From NCBI GenBank assembly GCA_963762445.1, contig CAVXLA010000007.1, positions 72,546-136,545 of the forward strand: 64,000 nt of DNA, read 5' to 3'. Below, piece by piece: positions 49,988-58,192 of the stretch (position 1 is the first letter of the stretch; every line of letters begins with the position of its first letter). The notes under the pieces are model-generated. The model worked only from the letters and a program-made list of their open reading frames with translations, had not been told where the DNA came from and did no database searches. This DNA comes from an uncultured Chloroflexia bacterium. GTDB lineage: Bacteria; Chloroflexota; Limnocylindria; Limnocylindrales; CSP1-4. A program made the position numbers and the translations under genes.

Positions 49988-50866
49988 ATGCGGTGCGCGG
50001 CACCGGCACCGCGGGTCGCCGCCGGCAGCCGGGCGGGGTCGCGCCGCCGGGCACCGGCCTCGACTGTCGCCGCCGGCATCCTGCTCGCCGTCGCGGTGGC
50101 CGGCTGCCAGGGGCTCGCGCCCGGCAACGGTCCGGGCGCGGCTCGGGGCGGCGTGGAGCTGACCGTGTTCGCCGCGGCGTCGCTGCGGGAGGCCTTCGGT
50201 GCCGTCAAGGTGTCATACGAGGCGGCGAACCCCGGCGTGGGCCTGGTCCTCTCGTTCGACGGCTCCAGCGCCCTGCGGGCCCAGGTCGAGCAGGGGGCGC
50301 CAGTCGACGTCTTCGCCTCGGCCGACTCGCGCAACCCGGCGATCCTGGCCGACGCCGGGCTCACCTCGGGCGAGCCGCAGGCATTCGCCGGCAACCGGCT
50401 CGCCATCGTAGTACCGGCGGCGAACCCGGCCGCGATCACCACGGCGGTCGACCTTGCCCGACCGGGCGTCCGGCTGGTCGGCGCCGGCCCCGAGGTGCCG
50501 ATCAGCGGCTACGCGGCGGAGATGCTCGCCAACCTGGCCCGCCTGCCGGGCTATCCGGCGGGTTATGTCGCGGCCGTGGCCGCCAACGTCGTCAGCCGCG
50601 AGGACAATGTCAAGGCGGTCCTCGCCAAGGTCCAGCTGGGCGAGGGCGACGCCGGCGTCGTCTACGCGACCGACGCCGTCGCCGCCGGCAACGCCGTGCG
50701 GTCCATCCCGGTTCCGGACGAGGCGAACGTCGTCGCCACGTACGCCGCCGTCGTGCCGCGAGACGCGCCGCATCCCGGGGCGGCCTCGTCCTTCCTGGCC
50801 TGGCTGCGCGGCCCCGACGGCATGGCCGTCCTCGCCCGCTTCGGCTTCGTGGCCCCGGCACCGTGA
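49988..50866 (+). CDS. modA: Molybdate ABC transporter substrate-binding lipoprotein
   Basis: Lipobox LAVAVAGC. Contains LTVFAAASLREAF, LSFDGSSALRAQVEQGAPVDVFASAD and GEGDAGVVYATD. Confidence 0.88.
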   Translation: MRCAAPAPRVAAGSRAGSRRRAPASTVAAGILLAVAVAGCQGLAPGNGPGAARGGVELTVFAAASLREAFGAVKVSYEAANPGVGLVLSFDGSSALRAQVEQGAPVDVFASADSRNPAILADAGLTSGEPQAFAGNRLAIVVPAANPAAITTAVDLARPGVRLVGAGPEVPISGYAAEMLANLARLPGYPAGYVAAVAANVVSREDNVKAVLAKVQLGEGDAGVVYATDAVAAGNAVRSIPVPDEANVVATYAAVVPRDAPHPGAASSFLAWLRGPDGMAVLARFGFVAPAP

Positions 50867-50876
50867 CGGCACGCTG

Positions 50877-51713
50877 ATGGCCGACGCGACGACGTTCCGC
50901 CCTGCCCTGCGCCGCCGGATCCGGGCCCCGGGTGGCGCGCCCGGCGCGCTCCTCGCCGTCATCGCGGGCGTGTTCCTCGGGCTGCCGGTGGTCACCCTCG
51001 TCGCCCGGGCGGTCCTTGCCGCACCGACCGTGGGGACGGAGGCCGCGGCCGCGGTCCTCGACGCCCTGGTCCTGAGCCTCGCCACCACGACGGTCAGCCT
51101 GGCCCTCGTCGTCGGGTTCGGCCTGCCGCTGGCGTGGTGGCTCGCCCGCCGACCTCCGCGGGGAGCCGCCCTCGTGGAGACCCTGGTCGACCTGCCGATG
51201 ATCCTTCCGCCCTCGGTGGCGGGCCTCGCCCTGCTGCTGGTGTTCGGGCGCCGGGGCCTCCTGGGCGGCGAGCTCGCCCTGCTGGGCGTCGCGATCCCCT
51301 TCACGGTTCTCGCCGTCGTCGTGGCCCAGGCCTTCGTCGCCGCCCCGTTCTTCGTGCGCGCCGCGCGCGCCGCGATCCGGGCCGTCGATCGGGACCTGGA
51401 GGACGCGGCCCGGGTGGACGGCGCGAGCGAGCTGGCGGTGGCCCGCCACGTGACGATCCCGCTGGGCGCGGCGGCGTTGTCGGCGGGGCTGGTGATGGCC
51501 TGGGCCCGGGCGCTCGGCGAGTTCGGGGCCACGATCATGTTTGCCGGCAACATCGCGGGCCGGACGCAGACGCTCCCGCTCCTGGTCTACTCGGAGTTCC
51601 AGGGCAGCCTGGACGCGGCCCTCGTCGCCGCCGCGATCCTGGTGGCGGCCGCGCTCGGGGTGCTCGTCTCCGTGCGGCTGCGGCGGGTTGGGGATCGGGA
51701 CTCGTCCGCCTGA
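50877..51713 (+). CDS. modB: Molybdate ABC transporter permease
   Basis: PMILPPSVAGLALLLVFGRRG, EDAARVDGAS (EAA loop) and GEFGATIMFAGNIAGRTQTLPL. No modC follows. Confidence 0.9.
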   Translation: MADATTFRPALRRRIRAPGGAPGALLAVIAGVFLGLPVVTLVARAVLAAPTVGTEAAAAVLDALVLSLATTTVSLALVVGFGLPLAWWLARRPPRGAALVETLVDLPMILPPSVAGLALLLVFGRRGLLGGELALLGVAIPFTVLAVVVAQAFVAAPFFVRAARAAIRAVDRDLEDAARVDGASELAVARHVTIPLGAAALSAGLVMAWARALGEFGATIMFAGNIAGRTQTLPLLVYSEFQGSLDAALVAAAILVAAALGVLVSVRLRRVGDRDSSA

Positions 51714-51825
51714 GGCGCGGAGTACATCGCCCCTCGACCGGCCGCGCAGGGTCTATTCTCTCGGAGCCGGGACACGCGAGCGAGACCGCTTCGATGGCCT
51801 CGATCCTGGCCCGGCGCGGACCCGC

Positions 51826-51901
51826 GGGGGAGTAGCTCAGCGGTTAGAGCAGGCGTCTTATACACGCCACGCCGGTGGTTCGAATCCACCCTCCCCTACC
51901 A
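51826..51901 (+). tRNA. tRNA with anticodon UAU (reads AUA; tRNA-Ile2-like), CCA encoded
   Basis: Manual cloverleaf. Acceptor GGGGGAG/CTCCCCT (G1:U72), D arm GCTC-AGCGGTTA-GAGC, anticodon arm GGCGT-CTTATAC-ACGCC, variable loop ACGCC, T arm GGTGG-TTCGAAT-CCACC, discriminator A, then CCA. Confidence 0.8.
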
Positions 51902-51989
51902 CCTCCGAGGGACATCCTCGACCACCGAGGGTGCTCAAGACGCATGGAACGGGTCGGCATGGCGCGTTCGGGCGCCGAGCGGGCCGGAC

Positions 51990-52364
51990 CTATCGTTCGC
52001 CGGCGACGACCCCCTCGTCTTCGACGAGGCGGAGCAGGTCGATCGTGTCGCTCAGATGGGCATTGAAGAGGCGCCGCGCCACGTCGAGCAGCTCGAAGAG
52101 CTCGGCGTCGGCGACGCTGTAGATGATCGTGGTCCCGTGGCGCTCCGTCGTGAGGATGTTCCGTCCGCGCAGCACGGCGAGCTGCTGCGAGACCGATGAG
52201 CCGGGAACCTCGGTCGCCTCCTGGATCTGGGTGACGCTCATGGGGCCGTTCCGCAGGAGCTCGAGGATCCAGATGCGCAGGGGATGCGCAAGCGCCTTGA
52301 AGAACTCCGCCTTGAACTGGCGCAGCCGCTCCGCATCGTCGGGTCGCAACGTTCCACGTGTCAT
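51990..52364 (-). CDS. ArsR/SmtB family transcriptional regulator
   Basis: FKALAHPLRIWILELLRNGPMSVTQIQEATEVPGSSVSQQLAVLRGRNIL is a winged-HTH ArsR signature. Confidence 0.88.
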   Translation of the reverse strand: MTRGTLRPDDAERLRQFKAEFFKALAHPLRIWILELLRNGPMSVTQIQEATEVPGSSVSQQLAVLRGRNILTTERHGTTIIYSVADAELFELLDVARRLFNAHLSDTIDLLRLVEDEGVVAGER

Positions 52365-52493
52365 GTCCCGAGACTACGCCTCCGAGCTGGCGATCACACA
52401 TCCACGGGCCGGCACATCGACCACGAATCACGGTCGGGGAGAGCTCCGCGCGGGTCGGCTCGACCTCCGTCGACATCCCCAGTGGCTCGTTGC

Positions 52494-52509
52494 CTTGCAA
52501 TACTGCAAG
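52494..52509. promoter_or_regulatory. Palindrome CTTGCA-atac-TGCAAG in the arsR-divergent intergenic region (operator candidate)
   Basis: Perfect 6-bp inverted repeat with a 4-bp spacer. It is followed by TATCAT (52526-52531), 6 nt before ATG 52538, which suggests a possibly leaderless transcript. Confidence 0.3.
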
Positions 52510-52537
52510 ATAACGAAGCACACGGTATCATGTGTCC

Positions 52538-53023
52538 ATGCGCAAGGTCTCCGAGCTCCGCATCGGTGCCGACGCCACGCCCGCCACCGCCGACGTCCCC
52601 TGGGCCAGTGCGCTGAACGCGACCACTGAGTGCGACGACATCTCGGTGACGTTGCTCGCCCTCGATGTCGTGGATGACCTCCTGCGCCTGACGGGCGTCA
52701 TCCGGGTGGGCGACCGGCCCGATATCCGGGTGGCGAGCATCCCGTCGCTCGAGATCGTCTTGCCTGACGGCATGCCGCTTCCGATGGTGGACGCCCACCT
52801 CATGCCTCATGGGCGGCTCGCCTGGATGTCGTGGACCTACGAGCGGCCGGCGGTCGTCCCGAAACGGCTCGAGGCGACGATCAGCCGCATCGTGTTCGAG
52901 TACCGCGGGACGCGGCCCGCCCGCCTCGACGTGGAAGGGCCGTGGTCCTTCTCACTCATGGTTCGGCCTCCGGCGCTGCCCGTGGTCGCGGACCGCCTGG
53001 AAGGGAACATCGGGAGGAACTGA
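52538..53023 (+). CDS. Hypothetical protein
   Basis: ORF 52532..53023. The start is ATG 52538 or GTG 52532. Non-repetitive product; no family recognised. Confidence 0.5.
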   Translation: MRKVSELRIGADATPATADVPWASALNATTECDDISVTLLALDVVDDLLRLTGVIRVGDRPDIRVASIPSLEIVLPDGMPLPMVDAHLMPHGRLAWMSWTYERPAVVPKRLEATISRIVFEYRGTRPARLDVEGPWSFSLMVRPPALPVVADRLEGNIGRN

Positions 53024-53415
53024 TGGAGTTGACGGCGCTGCTCGAGGAAGCCCAGTCTGCACCGCCCGCCCGGCGCATCGAGTGGCGTGACCCGATCGCC
53101 GCGTACGGAGCCCGGGCGATCGAGGGCGTTCGTCCCTGGCTCATGGAGGGCGTGCTCTCGGCGTTCGCGGTCCGCGTCATCGAGCGGGCGGGCTCCAATG
53201 GGGAGCCCGAGCTGGCCACCCAGGTGCTGCGCTCCGTGCGTGCGCGGGTGCCCTCCGGCGTGACCGCGGACGTCACCTGGGCGCTGCAGCGCCTGCGGGC
53301 GGCGTCGCGACCTGACGCCACGACACCGCCGAAGCCGGCTGCACCTCGCTCGGCCAGGTCGGTCCGGCGGGAGCCCCCGCAATTCACGATGGTTGCCCAG
53401 CGCCGAGCTCGCTGA
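53023..53415 (+). CDS. Hypothetical protein
   Basis: TGATG overlap with the upstream gene. Helical 130-aa product; no family recognised. Confidence 0.5.
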   Translation: MELTALLEEAQSAPPARRIEWRDPIAAYGARAIEGVRPWLMEGVLSAFAVRVIERAGSNGEPELATQVLRSVRARVPSGVTADVTWALQRLRAASRPDATTPPKPAAPRSARSVRREPPQFTMVAQRRAR

Positions 53416-53437
53416 TCGCGGTCCCGGCGAATTCACG

Positions 53438-53465
53438 GATCCCCGCGGCAGAAGCCGCGGGGATC
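53438..53465 (+). terminator. Perfect 11-bp stem hairpin after the 53415 stop (terminator candidate, no U-tract)
   Basis: gatccccgcgg-cagaag-ccgcggggatc. Confidence 0.35.
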
Positions 53466-53803
53466 AGCACGCCCGGAGGGAAGAGACACACGCATGCCGA
53501 ACGTGCCCGCGCCCTGGAGCTGGCCTCCGGCCTGATCCTGCCGACCGTCGCGGTGCTCCTCGGCTTGGCCACCCTGGCCTCGACACGGTCCCATCGCTCG
53601 TGCCCACGACGCACCGGTTCCGCCCAGGCCGCGCGCCGGGTCGCCCCGCCCGTGGACCGTTGGCCGCCAGTGCCGCCTGCCGGATTCAAGTGTGCTCACT
53701 ATCGGTCAGCGAGATTGACACGGGGACGTACAATCTGGTCAGAAACGAACGTCTTCGAACCAACATGTTCGGATACGATCACACTGCAGGAAGGGGACCG
53801 CGC

Positions 53804-54571
53804 ATGCTGTCCGAACAGCGTCGCATCCTCATCGTTGGCGAGCTCCAGCAGAATGGGCTGGCTACCGTCCATGATCTGGCGCGCCGGCTGGACGTGTCCG
53901 AAGTCACGATCCGGCGCGACCTGGAGAGGCTCGACCGCGCGGGCGAGGTCGTGCGGGTCCACGGGGGCGCCATGCTGCGCCGCCACGGGACCTCGTTCGA
54001 GCCCCTGTGGGACACGAAGGTCGCCCTCCGAAACGAGTCCAAGAAGCGGATCGGCGAAGCTGCTGCGAGCCGAGTCCGACCCGGCGAGACGATCCTCCTC
54101 GACAGCGGCACCACGACCCTCTGCGTGGCCCAGGCGCTCAGGGTCCCCTGTTGCGTTGTCGCCGTCGACGTGAAGATCGCGCTCGAGCTGGCCAGGAGGC
54201 CGACATCCGACGCGATCCAGACGCTCATCGTTGGCGGTGAGGTACGGCCCGGTTTCTACTCCACGACTGGCCACTTCGCGCTTGGGATGCTCGCGCAACT
54301 CCACGTAGACCGGGCGTTCCTCGGGGCGGACGCGATCGACATCGAAGCCGGGGTCACGAACGCAACTGTCCAGGGGACGGGGATCAAGAAGGCGATCATC
54401 GCGTCCGCGAATGAGGTCGTTCTCGTTGCCGACGCGTCGAAGCTCGGTCTCGTGGCGCTCTCCAAGGTCGCGGCGCTTACCGAGGTCGACCTGTGGATCA
54501 CCGACGAGGGCCAGGATCCTGAGGCCCTCGAGCGAGTCCGACGCACGGGTCTGAAGGTCGAGGTGGTGTAG
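53804..54571 (+). CDS. DeoR family transcriptional regulator
   Basis: N-terminal HTH (RRILIVGELQQNGLATVHDLARRLDVSEVTIRRDLERL) plus a DeoR C-terminal sensor (LLDSGTTT..., FLGADAID...). Confidence 0.88.
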   Translation: MLSEQRRILIVGELQQNGLATVHDLARRLDVSEVTIRRDLERLDRAGEVVRVHGGAMLRRHGTSFEPLWDTKVALRNESKKRIGEAAASRVRPGETILLDSGTTTLCVAQALRVPCCVVAVDVKIALELARRPTSDAIQTLIVGGEVRPGFYSTTGHFALGMLAQLHVDRAFLGADAIDIEAGVTNATVQGTGIKKAIIASANEVVLVADASKLGLVALSKVAALTEVDLWITDEGQDPEALERVRRTGLKVEVV

Positions 54572-55468
54572 GTGGCGAGGTTCGAGGGGACGAGTCCGGT
54601 CACGGCCCGAGATGTCGCGCCCCGGTCCGACCGTGACGGCGCGACAGTGGAGCCCGACCCCCGACCCCGTCTCGAGTTTGGGGCCCTCAGGCGGAAGGCG
54701 ATCGTCGCCGGCGTTCACCTCCTTCCCTTGCCGGGCAGCCCGGCCTACGAGCGCGATGGCGGAATGCGACCCATCGTGGCGCGGGCTCGAACCGACGTCA
54801 GGATCCTCGCCGATCACGACGTCGACGCGATCCTCTTCGCGAACGAGGCCGACACGCCGTATCTGCGCTCGCTTGGTCCCGAGACGGTCGCGGCCTTCAC
54901 GGACGCGGTGGCAGAGGCGACGCAGGGTCTCGGCCTGCCATTCGGGATCAACGCCCTGCTCGACGCCGGCGCCGGCATCGCGATTGCCCACGCCACGGGG
55001 GGCACGTTCGTCCGAGGGTATTTCACCGGGGTCTACGCGACGGAGTCCGGCTTCATGGATACCTGCGGTGCGGAAGCCCTCCGGCTCCGCTCCGCCATCG
55101 GCGCCGGCACCATCCGCGTCTTCCACAACCTGGTGTGTGCATTCGGCGCCCATATGGCGCCGCGGCCCCTGGCGCAGGAGGCGCGTGGGGCGCTCGTCCA
55201 CGGCCGCGTCGACGGGCTCACGATCTCGGGTCAGGGCGGCGGCTCACCGCCGGCCGTCGAGCTCTTCCGCGAGGTCAAGGAAGCCGTCCCCGACCTCCCC
55301 GTCCTTGCCGGCACCGCGGTCAGCGCGGACAACGTGGGCTCGATCCTGCAGGTGGCGGATGGCGCGATCGTCGTCAGCAGCCTTCGCAAAGACGGGAAGC
55401 CCCTCAATCCGATCGATCCAGAACGCGTCAGGGAGTTCATGAGCCGGGCCCGCGCGGCGGAGGCCTGA
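54572..55468 (+). CDS. BtpA/SgcQ family TIM-barrel protein
   Basis: AIVAGVHLLPLPGSPAY..., DVDAILFANEADTPY, and a C-terminal LAGTAVSADNV...ADGAIVVSSLRKDG. The pattern matches the BtpA/SgcQ family. GTG start. Confidence 0.75.
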   Translation: MARFEGTSPVTARDVAPRSDRDGATVEPDPRPRLEFGALRRKAIVAGVHLLPLPGSPAYERDGGMRPIVARARTDVRILADHDVDAILFANEADTPYLRSLGPETVAAFTDAVAEATQGLGLPFGINALLDAGAGIAIAHATGGTFVRGYFTGVYATESGFMDTCGAEALRLRSAIGAGTIRVFHNLVCAFGAHMAPRPLAQEARGALVHGRVDGLTISGQGGGSPPAVELFREVKEAVPDLPVLAGTAVSADNVGSILQVADGAIVVSSLRKDGKPLNPIDPERVREFMSRARAAEA

Positions 55469-55471
55469 GCC

Positions 55472-57019
55472 GTGGCCACACTGGTCGGCCTCGACGTCGG
55501 AACGCAGGCGGTCCGGGCGCTCGCCGTGCGCACCGACGGGACGAAGCTGGCCGATCGGAGCGTTCGCATCGACACCCAGCACCCAGCCCCTGGTCAAGCC
55601 GAACAGGACGCGGAGCAGTGGTGGAGCGCCGCCCTTGCGGTGCTGCGCGCGGTGATGGAAGCACCCGGCGTCGAGCCGGGCGACGTGACGGCGCTGAGCT
55701 ATGGGTGCACCTCGTGCACGGTCATCGCGCTCGATCGTGATGGACGACCACTGCGGCCGGCTCTCCTGTGGATGGACGAGCGAGCCACGCGCGAGGCCCG
55801 CGAGGTGACCGCCACGGGGAGCCCGGTGCTGCGCTATTCGGGCGGCGTCGTCTCACCTCAATGGATGCTCCCGAAGGTGAAGTGGCTCATGGCTCACGAG
55901 CCAGAGACGTTCGAGCGCGCGCATCGGATCGTGGAGCAGACGGACTTCTTCACGCACCGCCTCACCGGGCGGTGGACGCTCGGGTACAACAACCTCGTCG
56001 CCAAGTGGAACTACGCCAACCCGTGTGGCGGCTGGCCTCCCGGGTTCCTGGAGGCCGCAGGGGTCGCGGAGGCGTCGGCCAAGTGGCCGACGGAGATCCT
56101 GCCCCTCGGCACTCCGCTGGGCCGGATCCGGCCGGAGGTCGCCAGTGCGACCGGCCTGCCGGAAGGAGCCCAGGTGCTCCAGGGAGGCATCGATTCCCAC
56201 CTGGCGATGATCGGGACCTCCGTCGTCCTGCCGGGCGAGCTTGCCATCGTGATGGGCTCATCGACGGTCGTGATCGGCCAGGCCGACAAGCCCATCTTCG
56301 CCGACAACTGGGGCCCCTACCCTGACGCAGTCATCGAGGGCGCGTATACGCTCGGGGGCGGGCAGAGCACGACCGGGGCGATCGTCCAGTGGCTTCTCCA
56401 CTCGATCGCCGGCGTCGCCAGCGCCAGCGCGGCAGCCACCCTCGCGCGGCTCGAGACCGAGGCAGCCGGGCTTCCGCCAGGCAGCGAGGGTCTCGTCCTG
56501 CTCGACTACTTCGCGGGCAACCGCACGCCCTGGAAGGACCCCGATGCACGTGGGGTGGTCTGTGGCCTGACCCTCCGGCACGGCCTGGCCCATCTGCTCC
56601 GAGCCATCCACGAGGGGACCTCATACGGGACCCGCCTGATCATCTCGAACCTCGTGGCTCACGACTACGCAGTTCGCCGGCTCGTCGCCAGCGGCGGCGG
56701 CGCCCGAAGCGACCTCGCCATGCGAATCCTCGCTGACGTGCTGGGTGAGCCGATCGAGCTCGCGACAGAGCCCGAATCGACGGCCCTGGGCGCCACCATC
56801 GTCGCCGGCGTCGGCGTCGGCACGTTCGGCTCATATGGCGAGGCGGTCGAGGCACTCGTCCGCGTTCAAAGGAGAGTCGAGCCGCGAACCGCCAACAAGG
56901 AGGCCTATGACTTCTATTTCGAACAGTACGTCGGGAGTTACAAGGCGCTCAGGAAGCTGATGCACGAAGTGGCTCGTTTCGAGGAGCGGCGCGCGTCCTC
57001 CGCCCCGGCCCCGCGTTGA
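55472..57019 (+). CDS. FGGY-family carbohydrate kinase (xylulo/ribulokinase-like)
   Basis: LVGLDVGTQAVRAL (N-terminal ATPase motif), LLWMDERA, GGIDSHLAMIG, SGGGARS. Confidence 0.88.
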   Translation: MATLVGLDVGTQAVRALAVRTDGTKLADRSVRIDTQHPAPGQAEQDAEQWWSAALAVLRAVMEAPGVEPGDVTALSYGCTSCTVIALDRDGRPLRPALLWMDERATREAREVTATGSPVLRYSGGVVSPQWMLPKVKWLMAHEPETFERAHRIVEQTDFFTHRLTGRWTLGYNNLVAKWNYANPCGGWPPGFLEAAGVAEASAKWPTEILPLGTPLGRIRPEVASATGLPEGAQVLQGGIDSHLAMIGTSVVLPGELAIVMGSSTVVIGQADKPIFADNWGPYPDAVIEGAYTLGGGQSTTGAIVQWLLHSIAGVASASAAATLARLETEAAGLPPGSEGLVLLDYFAGNRTPWKDPDARGVVCGLTLRHGLAHLLRAIHEGTSYGTRLIISNLVAHDYAVRRLVASGGGARSDLAMRILADVLGEPIELATEPESTALGATIVAGVGVGTFGSYGEAVEALVRVQRRVEPRTANKEAYDFYFEQYVGSYKALRKLMHEVARFEERRASSAPAPR

Positions 57020-57048
57020 ACTAGGGAGCAGGAGGGCTCGCAAGAAAG

Positions 57049-57219
57049 ATGAGATCCAGGATTCCGTTCAGGACGGTCGCGCTCGCTGTCTGTCTCGTGC
57101 TCGCGGTGGCGGCGTGTGGCTTCGGGTACTGGAGAGAGGCCATCCGAGCGTGGCGTGCCAGCCAGCACGATGCCGAGACCGGGTCGCTCGAGCACGCCGC
57201 GCGGCCCCCGCAGATGTGA
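57049..57219 (+). CDS. Small putative lipoprotein (56 aa), below the ORF-track size cutoff
   Basis: My translation: MRSRIPFRTVALAVCLVLAVAACGFGYWREAIRAWRASQHDAETGSLEHAARPPQM. It has a signal peptide plus an AVAAC lipobox, with AGGAGGG 13 nt upstream. Confidence 0.3.
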   Translation: MRSRIPFRTVALAVCLVLAVAACGFGYWREAIRAWRASQHDAETGSLEHAARPPQM

Positions 57220-57244
57220 CGGCGAACCAGAGGGAGAGGCGGAG

Positions 57245-58099
57245 ATGCGGTTCGCGCTGATGGTCGATCCCGAGGAGGGTCTCTCCTACGCGCAGACCCT
57301 CGAGCTGGCGCAGGCAGCCGAAGCCGCAGGCTTCGAGGCATTCGTCCGCTCGGACCACTGGCTCTCGCTGAGGGGCGACTGGGCGCGGCCGGCAAGCGAT
57401 GCCTGGACGACCCTGGCCGGGCTGGCCCGCGATACGACCCGCATCCGCCTGGGCACCATGGTGTCGCCGGTGACGTTTCGCCAGCCGATCGAGATCGCCA
57501 AGATCGTCGCGACGGTAGACGAGATGAGCGGCGGGCGGATCGAGCTCGGGCTCGGTGCGGGATGGTACGAGCCCGAGCACGAGCGGTTCGGCATCCCGTA
57601 CCCACCCCTGGCCGAGCGCTTCGATCTCCTCGAGGAGCAGCTCGAGATCGTAACCGGGCTCTGGACCCAGCCCGCGTTCAGCTTCTCGGGCGCCCACTAC
57701 CGCCTGCACGACGCCGTCTGCGAACCGAAGCCCCTCCAGCGCCCGCACCCGCCGATCGTGATCGGCGGCTCTGGCAAGGCGCGGCTCGTCCGCCTCGCCG
57801 CCTCCTTCGCCAGCGAGCTGAACCTCGACTCCCCATCGCCGGAGGCCTGTCGCGAGGTCTTCGCGCGCGTCGACGCCGCCTGCCGAGCCGTCGGGCGTGA
57901 TCCCGCGACGATCCAACGGTCGGCCATGCTGATGTGGCGCGACGCGGACGCCCCATCGTCTCCGGAGGAGCAGCGGGCGTGCGTCGCCTCCTATGTCGCC
58001 GCTGGTGTCCAGAGGCTGGTTCTCAATGTCTGGCCCGGCCCCGGCGAGCCTGCGATGATCGCGCGCCTGGGAAGCGAAGTGCTCGCGGCGTTCACCTGA
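57245..58099 (+). CDS. LLM-class (luciferase-like) F420-dependent oxidoreductase
   Basis: GFEAFVRSDHW, TTRIRLGTMVSPVTFRQP, GGRIELGLGAGW and HPPIVIGGSG. Confidence 0.85.
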   Translation: MRFALMVDPEEGLSYAQTLELAQAAEAAGFEAFVRSDHWLSLRGDWARPASDAWTTLAGLARDTTRIRLGTMVSPVTFRQPIEIAKIVATVDEMSGGRIELGLGAGWYEPEHERFGIPYPPLAERFDLLEEQLEIVTGLWTQPAFSFSGAHYRLHDAVCEPKPLQRPHPPIVIGGSGKARLVRLAASFASELNLDSPSPEACREVFARVDAACRAVGRDPATIQRSAMLMWRDADAPSSPEEQRACVASYVAAGVQRLVLNVWPGPGEPAMIARLGSEVLAAFT

Positions 58100-58192
58100 G
58101 AGCGTCCGACTGAAGACTCCGGTCGCCGTGGGGGATGACCGGCTTGCAGGTCGACTGGCTCTCGCCTGGCAGAACCTGTTCGAGGATCGCGG

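Noticed and set aside
53715-53734. Consensus-looking TTGACA (53715-53720) and TACAAT (53729-53734) upstream of the DeoR gene.
   Set aside because: The spacer is only 8 nt, which is incompatible with a sigma70-type -35/-10 pair. The nearby CGAAC/GTTCG repeats (53747-53771) may be an operator, but that is unsupported.
51902-57240. Calling the tRNA-flanked segment a bona fide genomic island or integrated element.
   Set aside because: No integrase or recombinase gene is present, and I could find no direct repeat of the tRNA 3' end downstream. It is reported only as a low-interest compositional observation.
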